Assembly: GCA_000004985.1 (NCBI GenBank)
Contig: GG738876.1
Direction: 5' to 3' (one strand)
Origin: Naegleria gruberi
Lineage: Eukaryota
DNA length: 64,000 bases
In this document: piece by piece, positions 40,180-51,716 of the stretch
Position numbering within the stretch: the stretch's first letter is position 1
Layout of the letters: each line of letters opens with the position of its first letter
Position numbers and translations under genes: made by a program
The notes under the pieces: model-generated
Told to the model about the DNA's origin: nothing
What the model saw: only the letters and a program-made list of their open reading frames with translations
Databases searched by the model: none

Positions 40180-40613
40180 CACACATGATGATAAATGTTC
40201 AATTAATCACAATTTTAATGATGAAAAAAACAAACCCTTCTTTGAAGATCTTGTTGCAGGCATTTTTTTGGCGGTAATTGTTCTTACCCATTTCCTCTAA
40301 AAGCTGGAAACATAAAAATATTCCAAATACACTTTTCAGCCTTGGTTATTCCGTAACTTGAAGAGCCTAACAAAATTGGATTGAATTTTATTGTCTTGTT
40401 CATTATCAAATTAAGCAAATTTCAAACTCAGCATGTACAATTAATCGAAAATAAAACTAAAATATTCTCAAGTGTGATGAGTGCTTGGGAGAATATTTTT
40501 AGGTTTTAAAGAGATCCAAAATTTTATTGTTTAAAAAAAACTTAACACAACAACAACTAGCAGCATTTCGGAACCTTCTATTATCAAGAAGTAAATTTAA
40601 TAATAACAACAAC

Positions 40614-43600
40614 ATGGAAGAAGAGTATCAAAATTCAAATCAAATAGAAGAGGAAGAAGAAGAAGAAACAACTGAACAAATTTTGGAAGAAATCGCCGAA
40701 GGTGATGATATTGATGATGATGATGAATTGTTGCAACAATCATTACTTCCAACAAAGAAACATCACGATATTTCCATCCAATCACTTGACCAAATTAAAC
40801 AAATTATATCTTTTAATCAATATGATTTAATTGATGCTAAAGGAGGTTTAGATTTGGTTATTGTTAATGGCGATCAATTAGTAGCACACTTTTTAAGAGA
40901 CTCCTTCGGAAGAAATGAATCTAATGAAAGTCTTTATAGATTGGATTGGTTAAAACATGGTGGTCAACTTCTTCACCTGACATACCTTGTTGAAACATTC
41001 GTTAAAAACTTGTTGGATCGTGATATGAGAATTGATATTGTCTTTTTTGAAGATATTAGAACAAGTCAATGTATCAAATCATCATTCTTGTTGAATTTGG
41101 CTTATGAAATTCATCAAGATTTAGGAATTTCTTTCCAATCATTAGCTTACAGCTTTTTGGTTGCCAAACAAGCTATTTCATCACAATTGAAGAAAATTTC
41201 CGAGAATTATTCCAAGTCAGATGTTTTTACTGTTACTTTCCTCAACGATACATGGTACAAATCAAGTAATTGGGAAAATCTTATCACAAAGAGAAAACCA
41301 TCATTTATTATTTCAACATTGGCACAAAATTCGATCATTGACGAACTTTTCTGTACAGAGACTGTCCTTGTAAGACAAGTAATTTTGACCTATGATTTAT
41401 GTTTTTACGGAAATACTGTAATTGGTTTCTGTTCAGCTGTTAGAGATAACATGACAAACTCTTACAAATTGAGAGAAGTTGAATTGTTTTTGGAAAAAAA
41501 TTTCTCTGAAGAAAGGTCAGAAAATGTATTCAAATTGACTTCTCAAATTGGGCTTGCAGCTGAAAAACATTTCTCAGAAATTAAATCAAATATTGAGCAA
41601 ATTATTTCAAAGGAGCTCTCGGATTCATCTCTTACCAAAAAGGTTTCTGTGTCAAGTTTAACCCTTTCAGCCATTGCCTCCATTGATTCTCTCTCTGAAC
41701 AAACAACTCCAAATGCATTGGCTCTCTCAAAGATATTTATTCTCACTAATATTATTCAAAACATTATTCCACTCAAAGACAGAGCACAACATATTGAAGA
41801 CGTTTCCTTGGATACATCATTAATCTCATTCCAAGAAAAAATTTTGACATCCCTTTACCACTCTCTCAAGCAAACAAACATTGAAGATAATTTATATGAT
41901 CTTTTGGACTTTAGATTGTTTTTGAAGGTTCTGACTATTTTATTGAGCTCAGGAGTTGCTCAAAAACTTGAAAATAATTCATCAGATGATCACCTTTTAG
42001 CAGAACTTTTACCAAAAGAGCTTCAGAATCTATTTAAATCCTTGGTGTCTCTATTGACAACATCAAAGTCAACCAAGGATGCCTCATGGTGGGAAAAGGT
42101 ATTAAATCCTTTAGTTTCAAAAAGATCAGAAACTGAGGATTACAAACCAAGACATCCTGAGTGTCTTTTAAGAGAGATTCTACCATTAAATCAAGATGTA
42201 ATCAATGGATTGGTATCTGGCGTAAATATTACTCTTCCTCACAAATCTGAAAAGATAATTACTGAACAAGCTCCTGTTAAAGAAGAACCTAAACCAGAAA
42301 TTGTAGAAGAAGCACAAGATGGATTGGAAGATTGGGAAAAGGAAGACTGGCTTCAGGAAGAACAAGTTGAGGAAGTTGTCGAAGTTAAAGAAGAACAAGA
42401 AATACTCACAGAAGAAGAAGCTAAGGAACTCAGTTTTGAAAGATGTTTCCCTGTGAGAGAACAAGAAGTCAACTATTCCCAAAAGAAGGACGTCGAAGAA
42501 CAAATTCCAAACGATTTTTCTGGACCAAAGAGTGAATGGGAAAAGATCAAGGTACAAGAAGCTCAAAAGAGATTGCACAGATACTCCGAATCAATGAGGG
42601 CTTTATCCGATAAGAAGGTTATTGAAAATGCTAAATCATCAGGTGTTGTAGCTGAAGAAGTCAAACCTGTCGAACAAACAAAGGGTGGAAAACCAGCTAA
42701 ACCTAATAAGAAGGAAGAAAAACAAGCAACTCCAGCTGCATCAGCAGCTCCTTCAACAAAGGTTAGATTGATGATGATTGAATCTAACACAAAGAAACGT
42801 GAAAAGGAAATTAATGAACTTACTGGAAAATTGTCTGAATACCAACAAAAATTCAGCGAATATAACAATAAGGCCGACGAATTGAAAGAACACGGAGGAA
42901 AGATTGAACAATATGAATCATTGACCAAATTATTGTTGGAAGGTATTTTCAAGGATATTAGACTTGTACAAAATATTCAAGCTACTGAAGGTGGTAGCTC
43001 TGCAAATAAGAAGAGTGCCAGTAGTAGTTCTGAAAGTTTCACAGCTGCTACTTTGTTACTAGAACAAAGAACAACTTGTGAAAATTTGTGGGTTCAACTT
43101 TCTATCCTCAGGCTTCAATTTATGACAAGAAAGTTGTTACTTGAAAGACAAGATCTTCAAACCTCTTTGAGAAGAACTCAATCATCTGCTCCAAAGAAGG
43201 GCGTTAAATTCCTTAGTTTTGACGAAGAGCCATCCGAAGACTCCAAAGAAAAGAAAGACGATAAGAAGAAAGGTGCCCTCAAGGAAGCAAACCCTAATGC
43301 AATTCCACAAATTGACAACTTGTCTGGAGGTGCTGACTTGGATTTATCTTTGTACTGGGAGCCTTTTGAACTTACCAATAGGATCTACGAAATTGTTACA
43401 CAATTGATTAATGATTCCTACATTTCAGAATTGTCTGTGGCAACATCAGCATCCCAAGAAAAGGATAAAAAACCAACAAAGGCTGCTGCCAAAAAGCCTG
43501 CAAAGGGGGACAAGAAGGGTGAAAAAGTTAAACCAATCTCAAAGATTGATCTCAAAGATGTCATTCAAACCTTGATCAATTTCATGTGTGATTTGGGCTT

Positions 43601-46600
43601 TGTTAAATTTGCAAGCAGAATTTCTGAAAAATTCAATCAAGGAGAAATTACTTTTGGTTCTCTTATCAAGGATAATTTGATGCAACAATTAGAAGTTGAA
43701 TCTCTTCCTGCTGAAACTGTCAATGTTAAAGATTCTGTCAACGATAAGCCTGAATCAGCTGAATTCCAACTTCTCTATAACAATGCAATTATTGATTCTG
43801 CCACAAATATTGAAATTCCTCCAGCTGAAATTCCAGAGACTGTAACCATTGACTCTAAGGGAGCCAAGCCAAAGGGACATCCTAAGAAGGAAAAGCCTTC
43901 TCGTACCAGAAAGGATGAAAAGGCAACAACAGAAGAAGAATCAACAACAGATGAACCTTCTACACCTATTTCTCAAAATTATGTTATACCAACGGCTAAA
44001 TCTCTTGGTTTCACACCAGATCCTTGGCAAGAGAATATGATTTTATCAATTTTACAAAATAAGTCAATCCTGGTTAGTGCTCCAACCAGTTCTGGTAAGA
44101 CATTTATTGCATTCTTTGCCATGGAAAAGGTTTTGAGGGAATCTGATGATTCTATCATTGTTTATTGCTGTCCAACAAAGGCCTTGGTAAATCAAGCTTA
44201 TGCTGAAGTTTATAGTAGATTCCAAAAGGTTTACAACAATACTTCACCTTATGGTGTTTCCAGTATGTTGGGAATGTACACTGCTGACGAAAAGATTAAC
44301 GTAACTACATGTCAAGTACTCGTCACTGTTCCACAATCTTTAGAACATTTGATGACCAGTCCAGAAAATCTAGAATGGAAGAGAAGAATGAAGTACATCA
44401 TCCTCGACGAAATTCACTGTATCAACGAATCATCATCCAGTGGTCAAGTTTGGGAACATGTTTTGAGTCTTCTTGAATGTCCATTTATTGCCCTCAGTGC
44501 CTCTATTGGTAATCCAAAGGAATTCGCAGATTGGTTGAATGAAAATTACAACAAGGAAATTGTAAGCCACATCACTTACTTGAACGATCAACAACAAGGT
44601 GTAGACTTGGTTGTTCACGACGAAAGACCTCGTCCATTAGAATTCTATAACTATGATAGTTCTGCAGATAGATTCACCGAAATCCATCCAATGGCCACAC
44701 TTAATCCAAATTCTATTGATACTGTTTCTTTCTCATTGATTCAAAACTTCTCTCCTCTCCAATGTCTTACTCTTTTCAAGGTTGCTACAGCAATCAAAAC
44801 CTCATTCAAGGAGCAAGGAAAGCCAATCTCTACTGCTATTGAAAAATTCTTGGCTACTTTCAATCCAGATTCATACTTTAATAACTTTGGACTTTTCAAG
44901 AGACAACAATTCTCTAGTTATGGCAAGACTATGAAGGAAGAATTAATCAAACTCTCAACTGAAACTGAGAATCATGAATTCTTGTTAGGTATTATTAGAA
45001 CCTTGTTGAAGGATGTTAGTTTAAGTTTTGACAACATGGAAGGAGATTACAAGTCTCAACAATCAATTTCAGACAATGTTTCTGAATCGGATGCTGCTTC
45101 TACTACATCTAGTAAGGTTATTTCTAGACACAAGTTCGGTTCAGATGGTTGGTTGAAGGACAATATTATTCAATTGGTTACTAGATTGGCAGAAGAAAAG
45201 CTAACTCCTTCAATCTTCTTTAGCTTTGATAGAACTATGTGTGATTATTTACTCAAAAAGATTTCCACCCATCTCCGTACAGCCCGTGCCAATTCACAAC
45301 TTGGTAACTATTTCCATCTCTATTCATCTAGCTTGGAAAAGGTTAGATCTGAAAAGGAAATTCGTTACAGTTTACAAAGTATTGAACAATTCGGAACTAA
45401 AATTCCAATCGAACTTAAGGAAGGTTTAGAAGTTGGTGTTGCTGTCCATCACCACAGTTGCCCAAGTGAATATCTCACTGAAGTTGAAAGACTTTTCAGA
45501 TTGAGATGTTTACCTGTTGTCATTTCTACTTCTACTTTAGCTCTTGGTATTCACATGCCTTGTAAGACTGTAGTCATGGTTGGTCACTCAATTTACTTGA
45601 CCACGACAATGTTCCAACAATGTGCTGGTCGTTCTGGTCGTAGAGGTTACGATGTCAAGGGTAGAGTTGTTCTCTATGGTATTCCTCAAGTTACAGCCAA
45701 CAGATTGCTCTCTGGTGTTACTCCAAAGATCAAGGGTGCTATGGGTTTAAGAGCTAATTTCTTGTTAAAGATGCTTACTCTCCTCAATAGGGCTAAATCC
45801 GATGACACCAAATATCAAATTGTAGCTGACGATCTTTCTCGTTTGGTAAACAAGAAGATTTTCTATCTTGGACAAATTTTGGAAAATTCTGAACTCCAAA
45901 ACAAATTGTGCTTTAGATTTATTTTAGACTTTTTGAGAAGAAACAATTACATTCAAGAAGATGGTACTTTGGGAGAGTTCTCCTTGCTCGCCAATAGTCT
46001 TTTCTATTATGAACCAGCTAATTTCTTATTCATTCATTTGTTAAAGACTGGCGCCATCAACACTTATTTGCAAAAGTGGAAAGATGTTTTGGACGAATCA
46101 TCAATGAGACCTGAAGAAAAGGTTGAATTATTAGGTGAAAAATTATTAATCTTGTTGAACTTGCTTTTCGAAGCCAGAAAATTATCTCATTGGGATCTTT
46201 CTCCATACAAATTGGAAAATTATTATTCCAATGACACTTTGGAAATTATTACCAGTGGTAAGGCTGCTCTTAATAGCAAGACAGATATTTCCTCAGAAAA
46301 TGTCTTATCTCAATTGAATGACTACAATAGAATTGTTCTCAAGGAATTTGCAACATTTGTAGTATCTTATTGCAAGAATTATCAAAAGGAAACTGTTGAT
46401 AATGTTCTTCCATTATCTAATATTGCCTTCCCTCATGAAGAAAGCTATCTCGAACAACTTTATCAAGAATCCAGTCTCTGCAAGTCTCTCAATGAAAGTA
46501 AGCTCAAGTATTATGGTACTAGCAGCTTTGTTGCTATCAGTGGTAATGATGACATGTTTACTAGTGTTTCTCAATTACTCAATTGCCGTAATCAGAATGT

Positions 46601-47054
46601 AATTTTGGATGTATCATTGTTGCCATATCTTGACCTTGTAGAAAAGATTTCTCAAAAGGCTAGTTTGTCCCTCAGCTCATATGCTGTTGAATTCTTGAGA
46701 AATGGTCAAAAGAGACAAGTATCAACTGATTGCGACTTCCCTTCACTTTCTCTTTGCTTCAATTCTCTTAAGAATGTTGATAGAGTTTTAGGTCAAGCTC
46801 TTTACAATATCCATTTGTTCATGAATATTAAGAATGGTGCAAACAATGATTTATTCCTCTCTACTCTTACCAAATTACGTACCAGATTCCATGACCGTGT
46901 CACTGGAGGTAAGAAGACAAGAAAAAAGCTCAAGATGTTGAAGACTATCAATGTAGAAATGGACGATTTGGAAATGGTAAACTCCAAAGGAAAATTGAAA
47001 AATGTATCCAAATCTACAAAGAAAGACTCAGTAACCAAAGATCCATCACTGTAA
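40614..47054 (+). CDS. SF2 DExH-box helicase of the DDX60 / Ski2-like type (2147 aa)
   Basis: The helicase core lies in the C-terminal half. Motif I LVSAPTSSGKTF, Ia CPTKALVNQ, II ILDEIHCINE, III LSASIGNP, VI QCAGRSGRRGYDVKGRVVLYG. The N-terminal half is acidic and low-complexity. The track start 40527 is a TTG; the first ATG is 40614 (MEEEYQNSNQ). Confidence 0.7.
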   Translation: MEEEYQNSNQIEEEEEEETTEQILEEIAEGDDIDDDDELLQQSLLPTKKHHDISIQSLDQIKQIISFNQYDLIDAKGGLDLVIVNGDQLVAHFLRDSFGRNESNESLYRLDWLKHGGQLLHLTYLVETFVKNLLDRDMRIDIVFFEDIRTSQCIKSSFLLNLAYEIHQDLGISFQSLAYSFLVAKQAISSQLKKISENYSKSDVFTVTFLNDTWYKSSNWENLITKRKPSFIISTLAQNSIIDELFCTETVLVRQVILTYDLCFYGNTVIGFCSAVRDNMTNSYKLREVELFLEKNFSEERSENVFKLTSQIGLAAEKHFSEIKSNIEQIISKELSDSSLTKKVSVSSLTLSAIASIDSLSEQTTPNALALSKIFILTNIIQNIIPLKDRAQHIEDVSLDTSLISFQEKILTSLYHSLKQTNIEDNLYDLLDFRLFLKVLTILLSSGVAQKLENNSSDDHLLAELLPKELQNLFKSLVSLLTTSKSTKDASWWEKVLNPLVSKRSETEDYKPRHPECLLREILPLNQDVINGLVSGVNITLPHKSEKIITEQAPVKEEPKPEIVEEAQDGLEDWEKEDWLQEEQVEEVVEVKEEQEILTEEEAKELSFERCFPVREQEVNYSQKKDVEEQIPNDFSGPKSEWEKIKVQEAQKRLHRYSESMRALSDKKVIENAKSSGVVAEEVKPVEQTKGGKPAKPNKKEEKQATPAASAAPSTKVRLMMIESNTKKREKEINELTGKLSEYQQKFSEYNNKADELKEHGGKIEQYESLTKLLLEGIFKDIRLVQNIQATEGGSSANKKSASSSSESFTAATLLLEQRTTCENLWVQLSILRLQFMTRKLLLERQDLQTSLRRTQSSAPKKGVKFLSFDEEPSEDSKEKKDDKKKGALKEANPNAIPQIDNLSGGADLDLSLYWEPFELTNRIYEIVTQLINDSYISELSVATSASQEKDKKPTKAAAKKPAKGDKKGEKVKPISKIDLKDVIQTLINFMCDLGFVKFASRISEKFNQGEITFGSLIKDNLMQQLEVESLPAETVNVKDSVNDKPESAEFQLLYNNAIIDSATNIEIPPAEIPETVTIDSKGAKPKGHPKKEKPSRTRKDEKATTEEESTTDEPSTPISQNYVIPTAKSLGFTPDPWQENMILSILQNKSILVSAPTSSGKTFIAFFAMEKVLRESDDSIIVYCCPTKALVNQAYAEVYSRFQKVYNNTSPYGVSSMLGMYTADEKINVTTCQVLVTVPQSLEHLMTSPENLEWKRRMKYIILDEIHCINESSSSGQVWEHVLSLLECPFIALSASIGNPKEFADWLNENYNKEIVSHITYLNDQQQGVDLVVHDERPRPLEFYNYDSSADRFTEIHPMATLNPNSIDTVSFSLIQNFSPLQCLTLFKVATAIKTSFKEQGKPISTAIEKFLATFNPDSYFNNFGLFKRQQFSSYGKTMKEELIKLSTETENHEFLLGIIRTLLKDVSLSFDNMEGDYKSQQSISDNVSESDAASTTSSKVISRHKFGSDGWLKDNIIQLVTRLAEEKLTPSIFFSFDRTMCDYLLKKISTHLRTARANSQLGNYFHLYSSSLEKVRSEKEIRYSLQSIEQFGTKIPIELKEGLEVGVAVHHHSCPSEYLTEVERLFRLRCLPVVISTSTLALGIHMPCKTVVMVGHSIYLTTTMFQQCAGRSGRRGYDVKGRVVLYGIPQVTANRLLSGVTPKIKGAMGLRANFLLKMLTLLNRAKSDDTKYQIVADDLSRLVNKKIFYLGQILENSELQNKLCFRFILDFLRRNNYIQEDGTLGEFSLLANSLFYYEPANFLFIHLLKTGAINTYLQKWKDVLDESSMRPEEKVELLGEKLLILLNLLFEARKLSHWDLSPYKLENYYSNDTLEIITSGKAALNSKTDISSENVLSQLNDYNRIVLKEFATFVVSYCKNYQKETVDNVLPLSNIAFPHEESYLEQLYQESSLCKSLNESKLKYYGTSSFVAISGNDDMFTSVSQLLNCRNQNVILDVSLLPYLDLVEKISQKASLSLSSYAVEFLRNGQKRQVSTDCDFPSLSLCFNSLKNVDRVLGQALYNIHLFMNIKNGANNDLFLSTLTKLRTRFHDRVTGGKKTRKKLKMLKTINVEMDDLEMVNSKGKLKNVSKSTKKDSVTKDPSL

Positions 47055-47135
47055 ATGCTGGTTCAATAATAAATTTACATTTATTTTGTTTCAAAATTGT
47101 TCGAAAATATTTACACCTCTCTTTTGTGTTTTAAA

Positions 47136-49127
47136 TTATAATAAATAATTGGAAAAGTAATTATCTAAATCGTGAGCCAAAGTTTGAATGGAAGTTTCAA
47201 GATTTTGACCAGTTTTTGCACTACATTCGAAAAATTTGACTGCATCAATCCTGTCACAATCATCTACAGAAGAAATTGAATTTCCTGTTAGACTGTTATC
47301 CTCAAAACTTGCTGCAACATTGGTATTTGAAAGAGCCCCAAGATCATTCTTGAATGATTTCAATTCATTATTAGATTTGTCATCAAAAACATTAGCAACC
47401 TTTTGAGGTATGGTGGTTGGAGAAGGAGATGATGAGATGGCATTCAAAATACTTCTGTTCATAGCTCTTGCAAACTCAAGACCTTGAATAAAGTCAACAC
47501 TTCGTTCACAGTCAAGATCAGTCTTATTTCCAAGTAAAACAATTTTAACATGTGGTAGATAGTGGTTCTTAATTAATTGAGGAAGCACTTGAGTGTTCCA
47601 TAATTGCTTCAGCCTTTCAAAGCTAGAAACTGAATTGATAGAATAAACACAGATAATACATTGAATATCTTTCAAGTATTCTCTGAAAAGTGATTCTTCC
47701 TGATAACTACTGAATCCCATATCCCAAAATTGAAGTTGAATTTTGTGTTTGTTAGTGAACAAAATACTTCCTTGTGGACTTGTGGATGTCATGTGAGGAG
47801 AAGCTGCCGTCAAGCTATTAGCTTGTGTTTTTGCTGTATGATCAATAAATCTGGTTGTAAACTCCAAACCAACTGTTCTTCTTGTTGAACTAGAGAATGT
47901 ATTTCCTTCAAATCTTGACAGACATGAACTTTTACCAACTTCTCCATCTCCAATAAAAACAACTTTAAAAAGTAATGTTGTATCTGAGTCAACTTGATTC
48001 TTTGAATTTGATTTTGATGTTTTCACCTTATTCACTTTAGGCAAATTGTTTGGAATAGCAAACCAAGAATTTGTACCAGAGCTCAAATCCAAACTATTAG
48101 GTGGAAGTGTACTAGATTTTTCCTTTTGTGGATGCTTTCTAATAGTACCAGTTTCTTGTTGAATCTTGGCAAATTGTTGAACAGAATCCAATGATTCATC
48201 TTCATCAGAAATGTCCATATCTTCCTCTTCAGATTCATCAGATTCTTCCAATTTAACAATCAAGTTACTGGATGATGGCTTTTTAAAATCAGAGATTTGT
48301 TGTTTCTTTGAATCAATCACTGGCTTTTTTTCATTAAAACTCAACATTGAAGTGCTCGAAGTAACCTCTAAATGGCTTGGTTGTTGATATTCTGAGAGTG
48401 TCCTTCTTGATGCTCCTTGCTTTCTCTTCATTGACTCCATATGTTGTTTAATTTGTTGCTGTTGTAAACTTAATGTCAACAATGAAGGAGATGAAGGAAC
48501 ATGATGATGGTGATGTCCATGACTACTCGTACTATTGCTTGATACTAAAGACCCCAGTGCTGGATTAATTCCTTTCATAATACTAGAATATTTCACAGCT
48601 GATGAATAGGATGAATTAGCAAGGGATGATATTTTCAATGATTCTAAGTCACCATTCGTTGGATGATTTAGAGAAACATGATGATTGGATGGATGTTGAT
48701 CATCGGAATCATGTTCCATCTCAGCTGTATTGACAATATCCTCGTAATAATAGTAATTTGTTCTTGGACTATTACTTGGTGAATTTTCAAACGAAGCTGC
48801 TAATTCGTCTTGTCTTGACTTTGAAAACTTTCTGGTTAAACTCTTCTTTGAACGATTCTTCTTCTTTCTCTTTTGATTCTTCTTTGGAGAGGTCGGATCA
48901 TGATCCTCTTCAGAGCTACTATGTACGGAATGTTGATTCCGAAGACTTGATGTTACTGATGCTACAGTATTGCTATTGGTTTTTCCATGTAAACTAATGT
49001 TAATAGATTCTAGGGTTGTATTTTGTAAATTAGAGTTTGATATTGAATGACGTTCCTCATCATCCTCCAGTGGATGATTCGTATGATGATCATCTACAGT
49101 ATCAGCAGAAGAGCAACACAATCCCAT
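47136..49127 (-). CDS. atypical Ras-superfamily small GTPase with long low-complexity N-terminal extension and N-terminal MGLCCS acylation motif
   Basis: C-terminal GTPase domain: G1 GDGEVGKSS, G4 GNKTD, G5 ECSAK. G3 is degenerate (WDMGFSSYQEE instead of WDTAGQE). There is no CaaX box (the protein ends SNYLL). The N-terminus MGLCCS fits Gly2 myristoylation plus Cys palmitoylation. Confidence 0.6.
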   Translation of the reverse strand: MGLCCSSADTVDDHHTNHPLEDDEERHSISNSNLQNTTLESINISLHGKTNSNTVASVTSSLRNQHSVHSSSEEDHDPTSPKKNQKRKKKNRSKKSLTRKFSKSRQDELAASFENSPSNSPRTNYYYYEDIVNTAEMEHDSDDQHPSNHHVSLNHPTNGDLESLKISSLANSSYSSAVKYSSIMKGINPALGSLVSSNSTSSHGHHHHHVPSSPSLLTLSLQQQQIKQHMESMKRKQGASRRTLSEYQQPSHLEVTSSTSMLSFNEKKPVIDSKKQQISDFKKPSSSNLIVKLEESDESEEEDMDISDEDESLDSVQQFAKIQQETGTIRKHPQKEKSSTLPPNSLDLSSGTNSWFAIPNNLPKVNKVKTSKSNSKNQVDSDTTLLFKVVFIGDGEVGKSSCLSRFEGNTFSSSTRRTVGLEFTTRFIDHTAKTQANSLTAASPHMTSTSPQGSILFTNKHKIQLQFWDMGFSSYQEESLFREYLKDIQCIICVYSINSVSSFERLKQLWNTQVLPQLIKNHYLPHVKIVLLGNKTDLDCERSVDFIQGLEFARAMNRSILNAISSSPSPTTIPQKVANVFDDKSNNELKSFKNDLGALSNTNVAASFEDNSLTGNSISSVDDCDRIDAVKFFECSAKTGQNLETSIQTLAHDLDNYFSNYLL

Positions 49128-50309
49128 TATAATGTTGTTGTTATTATATGATGATGATGATATTTAAATTACACTATATTCAAGAAGCTTAATTATTACT
49201 AATATTATTATTATTATTATACATATGAGTTATTGTTGTTAATGATTATATTATATACAAATTATTAATAATAATTTCAAAATATTGAGAGAAATTATTC
49301 TTCTTCTCTTTCAAATTGTTATGAAAATTCCAATCAATTTTTGGACCACCAACAAGTAAAACTACCACACGTGTTGATATATAATTGCAATAGGTCTCTC
49401 AAGAGTTTTCTAAAGCAAATAATAAATTGTGTCGTCGTCGTAACTTTTTGTATTTTCCACCGAGGTGCAACAAATAGGGAAACGTGTTGAAAAAGTAGGT
49501 TTTTTCCTTTGCAATTTGTTTCAAACAAATGGGTATCTTCTTTGAGAACAAATAAAGAAATATAACTGTAAATTGCAGAAGAGAAGCGACCACAAATAGA
49601 ATTGAAACAGTTGTGCAAGAGGAATGTTTGAAACAATGTGCAGTACACTGTAATGATGATACTGATCGGTTGCTGTTGGTCGATGATAATAAAAAACCAA
49701 ATCAAAATGAAGGTGTGATGCAATCAATAGTGGTCGTTGAGTGTCAAGTCAATCGGAGCTTCCTAGGCAGAGCTCCTTTATGCACTTTTTTTATTGTGAT
49801 TGGGGAAGTACTCCTTCCAATATGAATGTGAGAAATTAACGTGTAAATGCTCTTTTTAGTGAAGGAGCAAATCGGTATCTTATTGTGTGAATTAGTGAGA
49901 AATTGGAATTGAGGTAATAGATTTTAGCTGAATGAGTGATACGTGTCCATCCACACTTAATGTCTTCCAATTAGAAAGGCACTAAGAACATGAAATATTT
50001 CTTCTTCGGCCGATGCTACTCCTGAATTATTGCATCCTATCCTACTCCCAAAGTTCTTCCACCAATTAATAATATAAAATTAATACGCAACACCATGGCT
50101 TTAGGAATCTTAAATATGTTCATGGTATTTACAATGATTTTTGGATCCAGGATTTCGAAACTCGTACCGTATCATCATCACCATATTATTAATATTAATA
50201 TTGAAAATTACTAAATGGAAAATTATTAAAATTAATTTTGGCAATTTAAAAAAAATTTTCTCAACACTTGGATAGGAGAGGATTTTTTGTATTATTCGGA
50301 ACAATCATT

Positions 50310-51371
50310 ATGTTTGAAAATATTGATTCTGGTTTATTAACAGCTGGATTTCTTGCTGGTACAACCCTCTTGTTGGGTTATTTGATGGGTAAATCTGATG
50401 ATAATAGTAGTGAAATTAAGAAATCAATGACAAAGGAGGAAATTGAAGATATGCTTTCAAAAGCTACCAAGGAAATTGAATCCGGATTGGTTGGAGCTTC
50501 CGATAAAACAACACAAAAGTTGAATGCTCTCAAGCAACTTGTAAAATGTGTTTATGATCTTTATGATATTAGTTACACTGAAAGCTTACCAATTAATCAA
50601 GGAGTTGATTGTGAATGTGCATATGGTTTTAAACGTGAGGAATTTAAAGATCCACAAGACAAACTTGTTGGTAGAATTACACCACATAATTCATTATTAT
50701 TATTCTTAACAAATGTTCGTGCTACTGAATGGGAAGCAAATGCTGAAGAAACTCAATTCCCAATGATTGGTAAGGCAACAACTCTTTTAAAGAAGAAGAA
50801 GATAAAAATCAGTATTGCTGAAGCTTATGATGGAGAAAAGATTGAAGGAAATACATTTATCATGATACCTGAACAAATCAAATTTACAAATGTTGTAGAT
50901 GAAGTTGAATTGGAAAAGCTTGTAACATTTGCAATGAGTGGACAAACTAGCAGTGCAGAAGTTGATGTATCTAAAATAGAGAGAAATGTTAAACAAAGTA
51001 CTATTATGATTTGTTGTCACCATCAAAGAGATCAAAGATGTGGATATTGTGGACCAAGATTATATGAAGCTTTCCGTGATTTCTGTATTCAAAATCAAAT
51101 TGATATTGTTTTAAGAAGAGTTAACCATTTAGGAGGACACAAATATGCTGGAAACGTTGTCATTGTTTACCAAAATAAGAAAATGCAAAAATTACCATGG
51201 TTTGTTGATTGGTACGGATATGTAGATTTGAAGGATGTAGAAAGATTAATGTATGCCCATTTTGATTTCACAGAAAATCCTCAACCTTCATACAGAGTTG
51301 TTAAGGATTTATGGAAAGGTAGACCATCAATGAATAAGGATATGTTTGAAAAGTTTTTAATGATGCAATAG
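50310..51371 (+). CDS. sucrase/ferredoxin-like family protein (yeast Apd1/Aim32-type thioredoxin-like ferredoxin)
   Basis: Conserved Cys/His ligand motifs are present: CCHHQRDQRCGYCGPRLYEAF and VNHLGGHKYAGNVVIV. The track start 50268 is TTG; the first ATG is 50310 (MFENIDSGLL...), with a hydrophobic N-terminus. Confidence 0.75.
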   Translation: MFENIDSGLLTAGFLAGTTLLLGYLMGKSDDNSSEIKKSMTKEEIEDMLSKATKEIESGLVGASDKTTQKLNALKQLVKCVYDLYDISYTESLPINQGVDCECAYGFKREEFKDPQDKLVGRITPHNSLLLFLTNVRATEWEANAEETQFPMIGKATTLLKKKKIKISIAEAYDGEKIEGNTFIMIPEQIKFTNVVDEVELEKLVTFAMSGQTSSAEVDVSKIERNVKQSTIMICCHHQRDQRCGYCGPRLYEAFRDFCIQNQIDIVLRRVNHLGGHKYAGNVVIVYQNKKMQKLPWFVDWYGYVDLKDVERLMYAHFDFTENPQPSYRVVKDLWKGRPSMNKDMFEKFLMMQ

Positions 51372-51716
51372 GCCTAACTTTGTACAGTATTATCGAAAAT
51401 AAAAAGATTATTTATGACAACCATGCTTTGACGTTTAAATTTTGTCATTTGTCACCGATTGGCGCACTCAACAGAAAAAAATACACAACCTCACACACTT
51501 CTCCATTCATCAATATTTGCTACACTTTCTATTTCCTGTACATTATATCATATCAGTAACAATAGTATATTATTCCTAATAGTAGTAGTAGTCGAGAGTA
51601 GTGATCATCATCTCCATAACACAACTGCATCATCGTGACGACACGTTCACCACACTTTCATTATCAATAGATATATATAATTTATCAACACATCTTTACT
51701 CTTTATTAGCATCAAT

